The notes under the pieces are model-generated. The model made no database searches and was not told where the DNA came from. It saw nothing but the letters and a program-made list of their open reading frames with translations. From NCBI GenBank assembly GCA_964057225.1, contig OZ059894.1, forward strand, positions 3,658,001-3,722,000: a DNA stretch of 64,000 nt, given 5' to 3'. The DNA is from Auanema rhodensis (Eukaryota > Animalia > Nematoda). The position numbers and the translations under genes are program-made. Below are positions 1-15,000 of the stretch, in pieces. Position 1 is the stretch's first letter. Each line of letters opens with the position of its first letter.

Positions 1-3000
1 CACGTAAATTTTAAAGTCATGGTTGCCATGCACCAAGATCAATAAAAATTTGTTTTTAGACTAATATGGAAATGGGGAATTTATTTTGAAAACCGCATCT
101 CTTTATCTGTCACGTGAAGCGAGTTACATACCAAGTGCACATCATGTGTACACTTAATTAGCATAAATTAAAGTTCACGTAAATTTCAAAGTCATGGTTA
201 CCATGCACCAATATTAATAAAAATTTGTTTTTAGACTAATATGGATATAGGGAATCTAATTTTGAAAACCGCATCTCTTTATCTTTGACTTGAAGCGAGT
301 TACATACCAAGTGCACATCATGTGTACACTTAATTAGCATAAATTGAAGTTCACGTAAAATTCAAAGTCATGGTTACCATCCACCAATATCAACAAAAAT
401 GTGTTTTTAGACTAATATGGACATGGGGAATCTAATTTTGAAAACCGCATCTCTTCATCTTTCACGTGAAGCGAGTTACATACCAAGTGCACATCACGTG
501 TACACTTAATTAGCATAAATTGAAGTTCACGTAAATTTCAAAGTCATGGTTACCATGCACCAATATCAATAAAAATTTGTTTTTAGACTAATATGGAAAT
601 GGGGAATCTAATTTTGAAAACCGCATCTCTTCATCTTTCACGTGAAGCGAGTTACATACCAAGTGCACATCATGTGTACACTTAATTAGCATAAATTAAA
701 CTTCACGTAAATTTCAAAGTCATGGTTACCATGCACCAATATTAATAAAAATTTGTTTTTAGACTAATATGGACATGGGGAATCTAATTTTGAAAACCGC
801 ATCCCTTTATCTTTCACGTGAAGCGAGTTACATACCAAGTGCACATCACGTGTACACTTAATAAGCATAAATTAAAGTTCACGTAAATTTCAAAGTCATG
901 GTTACCATGCACCAATATCAATAAAAATTTGTTTTTAGACTAATATGGACATGAGGAATCTAATTTTGAAAACCGCATCTCTTCATCTTTCATGTGAAGC
1001 GAGTTACATACCAAGTGCACATCATGTGTACACTTAATTAGCATAAATTAAAGTTCACGTAAATTTCAAAGTCATGGTTACCATGCACCAATATTAATAA
1101 AAATTTGTTTTTAGACTAATATGGACATGGGGAATCTAATTTTGAAAACCGCATCTCTTTATCTTTGACGTGAAGCGAGTTACATACCAAGTGCACATCA
1201 TGTGTACACTTAATTAGCATAAATTAAAGTTCACGTAAATTTCAAAGTCATGGTTACCATGCACCAATATTAATAAAAATTTGTTTTTAGACTAATATGG
1301 ACATAGGGAATCTAATTTTGAAAACCGCATCTCTTTATCTTTGACTTGAAGCGAGTTACATACCAAGTGAACATCATGTGTACACTTAATTAGCATAAAT
1401 TAAAGTTCACGTAAATTTCAAAGTCATGGTTACCATGCACCAATATTAATAAAAATTTGTTTTTAGACTAATATGGACATAGGGAATCTAATTTTGAAAA
1501 CCGCATCTCTTTATCTTTGACGTAAAGCGAGTTACATACCAAGTGCACATCATGTGTACACTTAATTAGCATAAATTAAAGTTCACGTAAATTTCAAAGT
1601 CATGGTTACCATGCACCAATATCAATAAAAATTTGTTTTTAGACTAATATGGAAATGGGGAATCTAATTTTGAAAACCGCATCTCTTCATCTTTCACGTG
1701 AAGCGAGTTACATACCAAGTGCACATCATGTGTACACTTAATTAGCATAAATTAAAGTTCACGTAAATTTCAAAGTCATGGTTACCATGCACCAATAATA
1801 ATAAAAATTTGTTTTTAGACTAATATGGACATGGGGAATCTAATTTTGAAAACCGCATCTCTTTATCTTTGACGTGAAGCGAATTACATACCAAGTGCAC
1901 ATCATGTGTACACTTAATTAGCATAAATTTAAGTTCACGTAAATTTTAAAGTCATGGTTGCCATGCACCAATATCAATAAAAATTTGTTTTTAGACTAAC
2001 ATGGAAATGGGGAATCTAATTTTGAAAACCGCATCTCTTTATCTTTCACGTGAAGCGAGTTACATACCAAGCGCACATCATGTGTACACTTAATTAGCAT
2101 AAATTAAAGTTCACGTAAATTTCAAAGTCATGGTTACCATGCACCAATATTAATAAAAATTTGTTTTTAGACTAATATGGACATGGGGAATCTAATTTTG
2201 AGAACCGCATCTCTTTATCTTAGACGTAAAGCGAGTTACATACCAAGTGCACATCATGTGTACACTTAATTAGCATAAATTAAAGTTCACGTAAATTTTA
2301 AAGTCATGGTTGCCATGCACCAAAATCAATAAAAATTTGTTTTTAGACTAATATGGAAATGGGGAATCTATTTTGAAAACCGCATCTCTTTATCTTTCAC
2401 GTGAAGCGAGTTACATACCAAGTGCACATCATGTGTACACTTAATTAGCATAAATTAAAGTTCACGTAAATTTCAAAGTCATGGTTACCATGCACCAATA
2501 TTAATAAAAATTTGTATTTAGACTAATATGGACATGGGGAATCTAATTTTGAAAACCGCATCTCTTTATCTTTGACGTGAAGCGAGTTACATACCAAGTG
2601 CACATCATGTGTACACTTAATTAGCATAAATTAAAGTTCACGTAAATTTCAAAGTCATGGTTACCATGCACCAATATTAATAAAAATTTGTTTTTAGACT
2701 AATATGGACATAGGGAATCTAATTTTGAAAACCGCATCTCTTTATCTTTGACTTGAAGCGAGTTACATACCAAGTGCACATCATGTGTACACTTAATTAG
2801 CATAAATTAAAGTTCACGTAAATTTCAAAGTCATGGTTACCATGCACCAATATTAATAAAAATTTGTTTTTAGACTAATATGGACATAGGGAATCTAATT
2901 TTGAAAACCGCATCTCTTTATCTTTGACGTAAAGCGAGTTACATACCAAGTGCACATCATGTGTACACTTAATTAGCATAAATTAAAGTTCACGTAAATT

Positions 3001-6000
3001 TCAAAGTCATGGTTACCATGCACCAATATCAATAAAAATTTGTTTTTAGACTAATATGGAAATGGGGAATCTAATTTTGAAAACCGCATCTCTTCATCTT
3101 TCACGTGAAGCGAGTTACATACCAAGTGCACATCATGAGTACACTTAATTAGCATAAATTAAAGTTCACGTAAATTTCAAAGTCATGGTTACCATGCACC
3201 AATATCAATAAAAATTTGTTTTTAGACTAATATGGACATGGGGAATCTAATTTTGAAAACCGCATCCCTTTATCTTTCACGTGAAGCGAGTTACATACCA
3301 AGTGCACATCACGTGTACACTTAATAAGCATAAATTAAAGTTCACGTAAATTTCAAAGTCATGGTTACCATGCACCAATATCAATAAAAATTCGTTTTTA
3401 GACTAATATGGACATGAGGAATCTAATTTTGAAAACCGCATCTCTTTATCTTTGACGTGAAGCGAGTTACATACCAAGTGCACATCATGTGTACACTTAA
3501 TTAGCATAAATTAAAGTTCACGTAAATTTCAAAGTCATGGTTACCATGCACCAATAATAATAAAAATTTGTTTTTAGACTAATATGGACATGGGGAATCT
3601 AATTTTGAAAACCGCATCTCTTTATCTTTGACGTGAAGCGAATTACATACCAAGTGCACATCATGTGTACACTTAATTAGCATAAATTTAAGTTCACGTA
3701 AATTTTAAAGTCATGGTTGCCATGCACCAATATCAATAAAAATTTGTTTTTAGACTAACATGGAAATGGGGAATCTAATTTTGAAAACCGCATCTCTTTA
3801 TCTTTCACGTGAAGCGAGTTACATACCAAGCGCACATCATGTGTACACTTAATTAGCATAAATTAAAGTTCACGTAAATTTCAAAGTCATGGTTACCATG
3901 CACCAATATTAATAAAAATTTGTTTTTAGACTAATATGGACATGGGGAATCTAATTTTGAAAACCGCATCTCTTTATCTTAGACGTAAAGCGAGTTACAT
4001 ACCAAGTGCACATCATGTGTACACTTAATTAGCATAAATTAAAGTTCACGTAAATTTTAAAGTCATGGTTGCCATGCACCAATATCAATAAAAATTTGTT
4101 TTTAGACTAATATGGAAATGGGGAATCTATTTTGAAAACCGCATCTCTTTATCTTTCACGTGAAGCGAGTTACATACCAAGTGCACATCATGTGTACACT
4201 TAATTAGCATAAATTAAAGTTCACGTAAATTTCAAAGTCATGGTTACCATGCACCAATATTAATAAAAATTTGTTTTTAGACTAATATGGACATAGGGAA
4301 TCTAATTTTGAAAACCGCATCTCTTTATCTTTGACTTGAAGCGAGTTACATACCAAGTGCACATCATGTGTACACTTAATTAGCATAAATTAAAGTTCAC
4401 GTAAATTTCAAAGTCATGGTTACCATGCACCAATATTAATAAAAATTTGTTTTTAGACTAATATGGACATAGGGAATCTAATTTTGAAAACCGCATCTCT
4501 TTATCTTTGACGTAAAGCGAGTTACATACCAAGTGCACATCATGTGTACACTTAATTAGCATAAATTAAAGTTCACGTAAATTTCAAAGTCATGGTTACC
4601 ATGCACCAATATCAATAAAAATTTGTTTTTAGACTAATATGGACATGGGGAATCTAATTTTGAAAACCGCATCCCTTTATCTTTCACGTGAAGCGAGTTA
4701 CATACCAAGTGCACATCACGTGTACACTTAATTAGCATAAATTAAAGTTCACGTAAATTTCAAAGTCATGGTTACCATGCACCAATATCAATAAAAATTT
4801 GTTTTTAGACTAATATGGAAATGGGGAATCTAATTTTGAAAACCGCATCTCTTTATCTTTGACGTGAAGCGAATTACATACCAAGTGCACATCATGTGTA
4901 CACTTAATTAGCATAAATTTAAGTTCACGTAAATTTTAAAGTCATGGTTGCCATGCACCAATATCAATAAAAATTTGTTTTTAGACTAACATGGAAATGG
5001 GGGAATCTAATTTTGAAAACCGCATCTCTTTATCTTTCACGTGGAGCGAGTTACATACCAAGCGCACATCATGTGTACACTTAATTAGCATAAATTAAAG
5101 TTCACGTAAATTTTAAAGTCATGGTTGCCATGCACCAATATCAATAAAAATTTGTTTTTAGACTAATATGGAAATGGGGAATCTAATTTTGAAAACCGCA
5201 TCCCTTTATCTTTCACGTGAAGCGAGTTACATACCAAGTGCACATCACGTGTACACTTAATAAGCATAAATTAAAGTTCACGTAAATTTCAAAGTCATGG
5301 TTACCATGCACCAATATCAATAAAAATTTGTTTTTAGACTAATATGGACATGGGGAATCTAATTTTGAAAACCGCATCCTTTTATCTTTCACGTGAAGCG
5401 AGTTACATACCAAGTGCACATCACGTGTACACTTAATAAGCATAAATTAAAGTTCACGTAAATTTCAAAGTCATGGTTACCATGCACCAATATCAATAAA
5501 AATTCGTTTTTAGACTAATATGGACATGAGGAATCTAATTTTGAAAACCGCATCTCTTTATCTTTGACGTGAAGCGAGTTACATACCAAGTGCACATCAT
5601 GTGTACACTTAATTAGCATAAATTAAAGTTCACGTAAATTTCAAAGTCATGGTTACCATGCACCAATAATAATAAAAATTTGTTTTTAGACTAATATGGA
5701 CATGGGGAATCTAATTTTGAAAACCGCATCTCTTTATCTTTGACGTGAAGCGAATTACATACCAAGTGCACATCATGTGTACACTTAATTAGCATAAATT
5801 TAAGTTCACGTAAATTTTAAAGTCATGGTTGCCATGCACCAATATCAATAAAAATTTGTTTTTAGACTAACATGGAAATGGGGAATCTAATTTTGGAAAC
5901 CGCATCTCTTTATCTTTCACGTGAAGCGAGTTACATACCAAGCGCACATCATGTGTACACTTAATTAGCATAAATTAAAGTTCACGTAAATTTCAAAGTC

Positions 6001-9000
6001 ATGGTTACCATGCACCAATATTAATAAAAATTTGTTTTTAGACTAATATGGACATGGGGAATCTAATTTTGAAAACCGCATCTCTTTATCTTAGACGTAA
6101 AGCGAGTTACATACCAAGTGCACATCATGTGTACACTTAATTAGCATAAATTAAAGTTCACGTAAATTTTAAAGTCATGGTTGCCATGCACCAATATCAA
6201 TAAAAATTTGTTTTTAGACTAATATGGAAATGGGGAATCTATTTTGAAAACCGCATCTCTTTATCTTTCACGTGAAGCGAGTTACATACCAAGTGCACAT
6301 CATGTGTACACTTAATTAGCATAAATTAAAGTTCACGTAAATTTCAAAGTCATGGTTACCATTCACCAATATTAATAAAAATTTGTTTTTAGACTAATAT
6401 GGACATAGGGAATCTAATTTTGAAAACCGCATCTCTTTATCTTTCACGTGAAGCGAGTTACATACCAAGTGCACATCATGTGTACACTTAATTAGCATAA
6501 ATTGAAGTTCACGTAAATTTCAAAGTCATGGTTACCATGCACCAATATTAATAAAAATTTGTTTTTAGACTAATATGGACATGGGGAATCTAATTTTGAA
6601 AACCGCATCTCTTTATCTTAGACGTAAAGCGAGTTACATACCAAGTGCACATCATGTGTACACTTAATTAGCATAAATTAAAGTTCACGTAAATTTTAAA
6701 GTCATGGTTGCCATGCACCAATATCAATAAAAATTTGTTTTTAGACTAATATGGAAATGGGGAATCTAATTTTGAAAACCGCATCTCTTCATCTTTCACG
6801 TGAAGCGAGTTACATACCAAGTGCACATCATGTGTACCCTTAATTAGCATAAATTAAAGTTCACGTAAATTTCAAAGTCATGGTTACCATGCACCAATAT
6901 TAATAAAAATTTGTTTTTAGACTAATATGGACATGGGGAATCTAATTTTGAAAACCGCATCCCTTTATCTTTCACGTGAAGCGAGTTACATACCAAGTGC
7001 ACATCACGTGTACACTTAATAAGCATAAATTAAAGTTCACGTAAATTTCAAAGTCATGGTTACCATGCACAAATATCAATAAAAATTCGTTTTTAGACTA
7101 ATATGGACATGAGGAATCTAATTTTGAAAACCGCATCTCTTCATCTTTCATGTGAAGCGAGTTACATACCAAGTGCACATCATGTGTACACTTAATTAGC
7201 ATAAATTAAAGTTCACGTAAATTTCAAAATCATGGTTACCATGCACCAATATTAATAAAAATTTGTTTTTAGACTAATATGGACATGGGGAATCTAATTT
7301 TGAAAACCGCATCTCTTTATCTTTGACGTGAAGCGAGTTACATACCAAGTGCACATCATGTGTACACTTAATGAGCATAAATTAAAGTTCACGTAAATTT
7401 CAAAGTCATGGTTACCATGCACCAATATTAATAAAAATTTGTTTTTAGACTAATATGGACATAGGGAATCTAATTTTGAAAACCGCATCTCTTTATCTTT
7501 CACGTGAAGCGAGTTACATACCAAGCGCACATCATGTGTACACTTAATTAGCATAAATTAAAGTTCACGTAAATTTCAAAGTCATGGTTACCATGCACCA
7601 ATATTAATAAAAATTTGTTTTTAGACTAATATGGACATGGGGAATCTAATTTTGAAAACCGCATCTCTTTATCTTAGACGTAAAGCGAGTTACATACCAA
7701 GTGCACATCATGTGTACACTTAATTAGCATAAATTAAAGTTCACGTAAATTTTAAAGTCATGGTTGCCATGCACCAATATCAATAAAAATTTGTTTTTAG
7801 ACTAATATGGAAATGGGGAATCTATTTTGAAAACCGCATCTCTTTATCTTTCACGTGAAGCGAGTTACATACCAAGTGCACATCATGTGTACACTTAATT
7901 AGCATAAATTAAAGTTCACGTAAATTTCAAAGTCATGGTTACCATTCACCAATATTAATAAAAATTTGTTTTTAGACTAATATGGACATAGGGAATCTAA
8001 TTTTGAAAACCGCATCTCTTTATCTTTGACTTGAAGCGAGTTACATACCAAGTGCACATCATGTGTACACTTAATTAGCATAAATTGAAGTTCACGTAAA
8101 TTTCAAAGTCATGGTTACCATCCACCAATATCAACAAAAATGTGTTTTTAGACTAATATGGACATGGGGAATCTAATTTCGAAAAGCGCATCTCTTCATC
8201 TTTCACGTGAAGCGAGTTACATACCAAGTGCACATCACGTGTACACTTAATAAGCATAAATTAAAGTTCACGTAAATTTCAAAGTCATGGTTACCATGCA
8301 CCAATATCAATAAAAATTTGTTTTTAGACTAATATGGAAATGGGGAATCTAATTTTGAAAACCGCATCCCTTTATCTTTCACGTGAAGCGAGTTACATAC
8401 CAAGTGCACATCACGTGTACACTTAATAAGCATAAATTAAAGTTCACGTAAATTTCAAAGTCATGGTTACCATGCACAAATATCAATAAAAATTCGTTTT
8501 TAGACTAATATGGACATGAGGAATCTAATTTTGAAAACCGCATCTCTTCATCTTTCATGTGAAGCGAGTTACATACCAAGTGCACATCATGTGTACACTT
8601 AATTAGCATAAATTAAAGTTCACGTAAATTTCAAAATCATGGTTACCATGCACCAATATTAATAAAAATTTGTTTTTAGACTAATATGGACATGGGGAAT
8701 CTAATTTTGAAAACCGCATCTCTTTATCTTTGACGTGAAGCGAGTTACATACCAAGTGCACATCATGTGTACACTTAATGAGCATAAATTAAAGTTCACG
8801 TAAATTTCAAAGTCATGGTTACCATGCACCAATATTAATAAAAATTTGTTTTTAGACTAATATGGAAATAGGGAATCTAATTTTGAAAACCGCATCTCTT
8901 TATCTTTGACTTGAAGCGAGTTACATACCAAGTGCACATCATGTGTACACTTAATTAGCATAAATTAAAGTTCACGTAAATTTCAAAGTCATGGTTACCA

Positions 9001-12000
9001 TGCACCAATATTAATAAAAATTTGTTTTTAGACTAATATGGACATGGGGAATCTAATTTTGAAAACCGCATCTCTTCATCTTTCACGTGAAGCGAGTTAC
9101 ATACCAAGTGCACATCACGTTTACACTTAATTAGCATAAATTGAAGTTCACGTAAATTTCAAAGTCATGGTTACCATGCACCAATATCAATAAAAATTTG
9201 TTTTTAGACTAATATGGACATGGGGAATCTAATTTTGAAAACCGCATCTCTTTATCTTTGACGTGAAGCGAATTACATACCAAGTGCACATCATGTGTAC
9301 ACTTAATTAGCATAAATTTAAGTTCACGTAAATTTTAAAGTCATGGTTACCATGCACCAATATTAATAAAAATTTGTTTTTAGACTAATATGGACATGGG
9401 GAATCTAATTTTGAAAACCGCATCTCTTTATCTTTGACGTGAAGCGAGTTACATACCAAGTGCACATCATGTGTACACTTAATTAGCATAAATTAAAGTT
9501 CACGTAAATTTCAAAGTCATGGTTACCATGCACCAATATCAATAAAAATTTGTTTTTAGACTAATATGGACATGAGGAATCTAATTTTGAAAACCGCATC
9601 TCTTCATCTTTCATGTGAAGCGAGTTACATACCAAGGGCACATCATGTGTACACTTAATTAGCATAAATTAAAGTTCACGTAAATTTCAAAGTCATGGTT
9701 ACCATGCACCAATATTAATAAAAATTTGTTTTTAGACTAATATGGACATGGGGAATCTAATTTTGAAAACCGCATCTCTTTATCTTTGACGTGAAGCGAG
9801 TTACATACCAAGTGCACATCATGTGTACACTTAATTAGCATAAATTAAAGTTCACGTAAATTTCAAAGTCATGGTTACCATGCACCAATATTAATAAAAA
9901 TTTGTTTTTAGACTAATATGGACATAGGGAATCTAATTTTGAAAACCGCATCTCTTTATCTTTGACTTGAAGCGAGTTACATACCAAGTGCACATCATGT
10001 GTACACTTAATTAGCATAAATTAAAGTTCACGTAAATTTCAAAGTCATGGTTACCATGCACCAATATTAATAAAAATTTGTTTTTAGACTAATATGGACA
10101 TAGGGAATCTAATTTTGAAAACCGCATCTCTTTATCTTTGACGTAAAGCGAGTTACATACCAAGTGCACATCATGTGTACACTTAATTAGCATAAATTAA
10201 AGTTCACGTAAATTTCAAAGTCATGGTTACCATGCACCAATATCAATAAAAATTTGTTTTTAGACTAATATGGAAATGGGGAATCTAATTTTGAAAACCG
10301 CATCTCTTCATCTTTCACGTGAAGCGAGTTACATACCAAGTGCACATCATGTGTACACTTAATTAGCATAAATTAAAGTTCACGTAAATTTCAAAGTCAT
10401 GGTTACCAAGCACCAATAATAATAAAAATTTGTTTTTAGACTAATATGGACATGGGGAATCTAATTTTGAAAACCGCATCTCTTTATCTTTGACGTGAAG
10501 CGAATTACATACCAAGTGCACATCATGTGTACACTTAATTAGCATAAATTTAAGTTCACGTAAATTTTAAAGTCATGGTTGCCATGCACCAATATCAATA
10601 AAAATTTGTTTTTAGACTAACATGGAAATGGGGAATCTAATTTTGAAAACCGCATCTCTTTATCTTTCACGTGAAGCGAGTTACATACCAAGCGCACATC
10701 ATGTGTACACTTAATTAGCATAAATTAAAGTTCACGTAAATTTCAAAGTCATGGTTACCATGCACCAATATTAATAAAAATTTGTTTTTAGACTAATATG
10801 GACATGGGGAATCTAATTTTGAGAACCGCATCTCTTTATCTTAGACGTAAAGCGAGTTACATACCAAGTGCACATCATGTGTACACTTAATTAGCATAAA
10901 TTAAAGTTCACGTAAATTTTAAAGTCATGGTTGCCATGCACCAATATCAATAAAAATTTGTTTTTAGACTAATATGGAAATGGGGAATCTATTTTGAAAA
11001 CCGCATCTCTTTATCTTTCACGTGAAGCGAGTTACATACCAAGTGCACATCATGTGTACACTTAATTAGCATAAATTAAAGTTCACGTAAATTTCAAAGT
11101 CATGGTTACCATGCACCAATATTAATAAAAATTTGTTTTTAGACTAATATGGACATGGGGAATCTAATTTTGAAAACCGCATCTCTTTATCTTTGACGTG
11201 AAGCGAGTTACATACCAAGTGCACATCATGTGTACACTTAATTAGCATAAATTAAAGTTCACGTAAATTTCAAAGTCATGGTTACCATGCACCAATAGTA
11301 ATAAAAATTTGGTTTTAGACTAATATGGACATAGGGAATCTAATTTTGAAAACCGCATCTCTTTATCTTTGACTTGAAGCGAGTTACATACCAAGTGCAC
11401 ATCATGTGTACACTTAATTAGCATAAATTAAAGTTCACGTAAATTTCAAAGTCATGGTTACCATGCACCAATATTAATAAAAATTTGTTTTTAGACTAAT
11501 ATGGACATAGGGAATCTAATTTTGAAAACCGCATCTCTTTATCTTTGACGTAAAGCGAGTTACATACCAAGTGCACATCATGTGTACACTTAATTAGCAT
11601 AAATTAAAGTTCACGTAAATTTCAAAGTCATGGTTACCATGCACCAATATCAATAAAAATTTGTTTTTAGACTAATATGGAAATGGGGAATCTAATTTTG
11701 AAAACCGCATCTCTTCATCTTTCACGTGAAGCGAGTTACATACCAAGTGCACATCATGAGTACACTTAATTAGCATAAATTAAAGTTCACGTAAATTTCA
11801 AAGTCATGGTTACCATGCACCAATATCAATAAAAATTTGTTTTTAGACTAATATGGACATGGGGAATCTAATTTTGAAAACCGCATCCCTTTATCTTTCA
11901 CGTGAAGCGAGTTACATACCAAGTGCACATCACGTGTACACTTAATAAGCATAAATTAAAGTTCACGTAAATTTCAAAGTCATGGTTACCATGCACCAAT

Positions 12001-15000
12001 ATCAATAAAAATTTGTTTTTAGACTAATATGGACATAGGGAATCTAATTTTGAAAACCGCATCTCTTTATCTTTGACGTGAAGCGAATTACATACCAAGT
12101 GCACATCATGTGTACACTTAATTAGCATAAATTTAAGTTCACGTAAATTTTAAAGTCATGGTTGCCATGCACCAATATCAATAAAAATTTGTTTTTAGAC
12201 TAACATGGAAATGGGGAATCTAATTTTGAAAACCGCATCTCTTTATCTTTCACGTGAAGCGAGTTACATACCAAGCGCACATCATGTGTACACTTAATTA
12301 GCATAAATTAAAGTTCACGTAAATTTCAAAGTCATGGTTACCATGCACCAATATTAATAAAAATTTGTTTTTAGACTAATATGGACATGGGGAATCTAAT
12401 TTTGAAAACCGCATCTCTTTATCTTAGACGTAAAGCGAGTTACATACCAAGTGCACATCATGTGTACACTTAATTAGCATAAATTAAAGTTCACGTAAAT
12501 TTTAAAGTCATGGTTGCCATGCACCAATATCAATAAAAATTTGTTTTTAGACTAATATGGAAATGGGGAATCTATTTTGAAAACCGCATCTCTTTATCTT
12601 TCACGTGAAGCGAGTTACATACCAAGTGCACATCATGTGTACACTTAATTAGCATAAATTAAAGTTCACGTAAATTTCAAAGTCATGGTTACCATGCACC
12701 AATATTAATAAAAATTTGTTTTTAGACTAATATGGACATAGGGAATCTAATTTTGAAAACCGCATCTCTTTATCTTTGACTTGAAGCGAGTTACATACCA
12801 AGTGCACATCATGTGTACACTTAATTAGCATAAATTAAAGTTCACGTAAATTTCAAAGTCATGGTTACCATGCACCAATATTAATAACAATTTGTTTTTA
12901 GACTAATATGGACATAGGGAATCTAATTTTGAAAACCGCATCTCTTTATCTTTGACGTAAAGCGAGTTACATACCAAGTGCACATCATGTGTACACTTAA
13001 TTAGCATAAATTAAAGTTCACGTAAATTTCAAAGTCATGGTTACCATGCACCAATATCAATAAAAATTTGTTTTTAGACTAATATGGAAATGGGGAATCT
13101 AATTTTGAAAACCGCATCTCTTCATCTTTCACGTGAAGCGAGTTACATACCAAGTGCACATCATGAGTACACTTAATTAGCATAAATTAAAGTTCACGTA
13201 AATTTCAAAGTCATGGTTACCATGCACCAATATTAATAAAAATTTGTTTTTAGACTAATATGGACATGGGGAATCTAATTTTGAAAACCGCATCTCTTTA
13301 TCTTTGACGTGAAGCGAGTTACATACCAAGTGCACATCATGTGTACACTTAATTAGCATAAATTAAAGTTCACGTAAATTTCAAAGTCATGGTTACCATG
13401 CACCAATATTAATAAAAATTTGTTTTTAGACTAATATGGACATAGGGAATCTAATTTTGAAAACCGCATCTCTTTATCTTTGACTTGAAGCGAGTTACAT
13501 ACCAAGTGCACATCATGTGTACACTTAATTAGCATAAATTAAAGTTCACGTAAATTTCAAAGTCATGGTTACCATGCACCAATATTAATAAAAATTTGTT
13601 TTTAGACTAATATGGACATAGGGAATCTAATTTTGAAAACCGCATCTCTTTATCTTTGACGTAAAGCGAGTTACATACCAAGTGCACATCATGTGTACAC
13701 TTAATTAGCATAAATTAAAGTTCACGTAAATTTCAAAGTCATGGTTACCATGCACCAATATCAATAAAAATTTGTTTTTAGACTAATATGGAAATGGGGA
13801 ATCTAATTTTGAAAACCGCATCTCTTCATCTTTCACGTGAAGCGAGTTACATACCAAGTGCACATCATGAGTACACTTAATTAGCATAAATTAAAGTTCA
13901 CGTAAATTTCAAAGTCATGGTTACCATGCACCAATATCAATACAAATTTGTTTTTAGACTAATATGGACATGGGAAATCTAATTTTGAAAACCGCATCCC
14001 TTTATCTTTCACGTGAAGCGAGTTACATACCAAGTGCACATCACGTGTACACTTAATAAGCATAAATTAAAGTTCACGTAAATTTCAAAGTCATGGTTAC
14101 CATGCACCAATATCAATAAAAATTCGTTTTTAGACTAATATGGACATGAGGAATCTAATTTTGAAAACCGCATCTCTTTATCTTTGACGTGAAGCGAGTT
14201 ACATACCAAGTGCACATCATGTGTACACTTAATTAGCATAAATTAAAGTTCACGTAAATTTCAAAGTCATGGTTACCATGCACCAATAATAATAAAAATT
14301 TGTTTTTAGACTAATATGGACATGGGGAATCTAATTTTGAAAACCGCATCTCTTTATCTTTGACGTGAAGCGAATTACATACCAAGTGCACATCATGTGT
14401 ACACTTAATTAGCATAAATTTAAGTTCACGTAAATTTTAAAGTCATGGTTGCCATGCACCAATATCAATAAAAATTTGTTTTTAGACTAACATGGAAATG
14501 GGGAATCTAATTTTGAAAACCGCATCTCTTTATCTTTCACGTGAAGCGAGTTACATACCAAGCGCACATCATGTGTATACTTAATTAGCATAAATTAAAG
14601 TTCACGTAAATTTCAAAGTCATGGTTACCATGCACCAATATTAATAAAAATTTGTTTTTAGACTAATATGGACATGGGGAATCTAATTTTGAAAACCGCA
14701 TCTCTTTATCTTTCACGTGAAGCGAGTTACATACCAAGCGCACATCATGTGTATACTTAATTAGCATAAATTAAAGTTCACGTAAATTTCAAAGTCATGG
14801 TTACCATGCACCAATATTAATAAAAATTTGTTTTTAGACTAATATGGACATGGGGAATCTAATTTTGAAAACCGCATCTCTTTATCTTAGACGTAAAGCG
14901 AGTTACATACCAAGTGCACATCATGTGTACACTTAATTAGCATAAATTAAAGTTCACGTAAATTTTAAAGTCATGGTTGCCATGCACCAATATCAATAAA

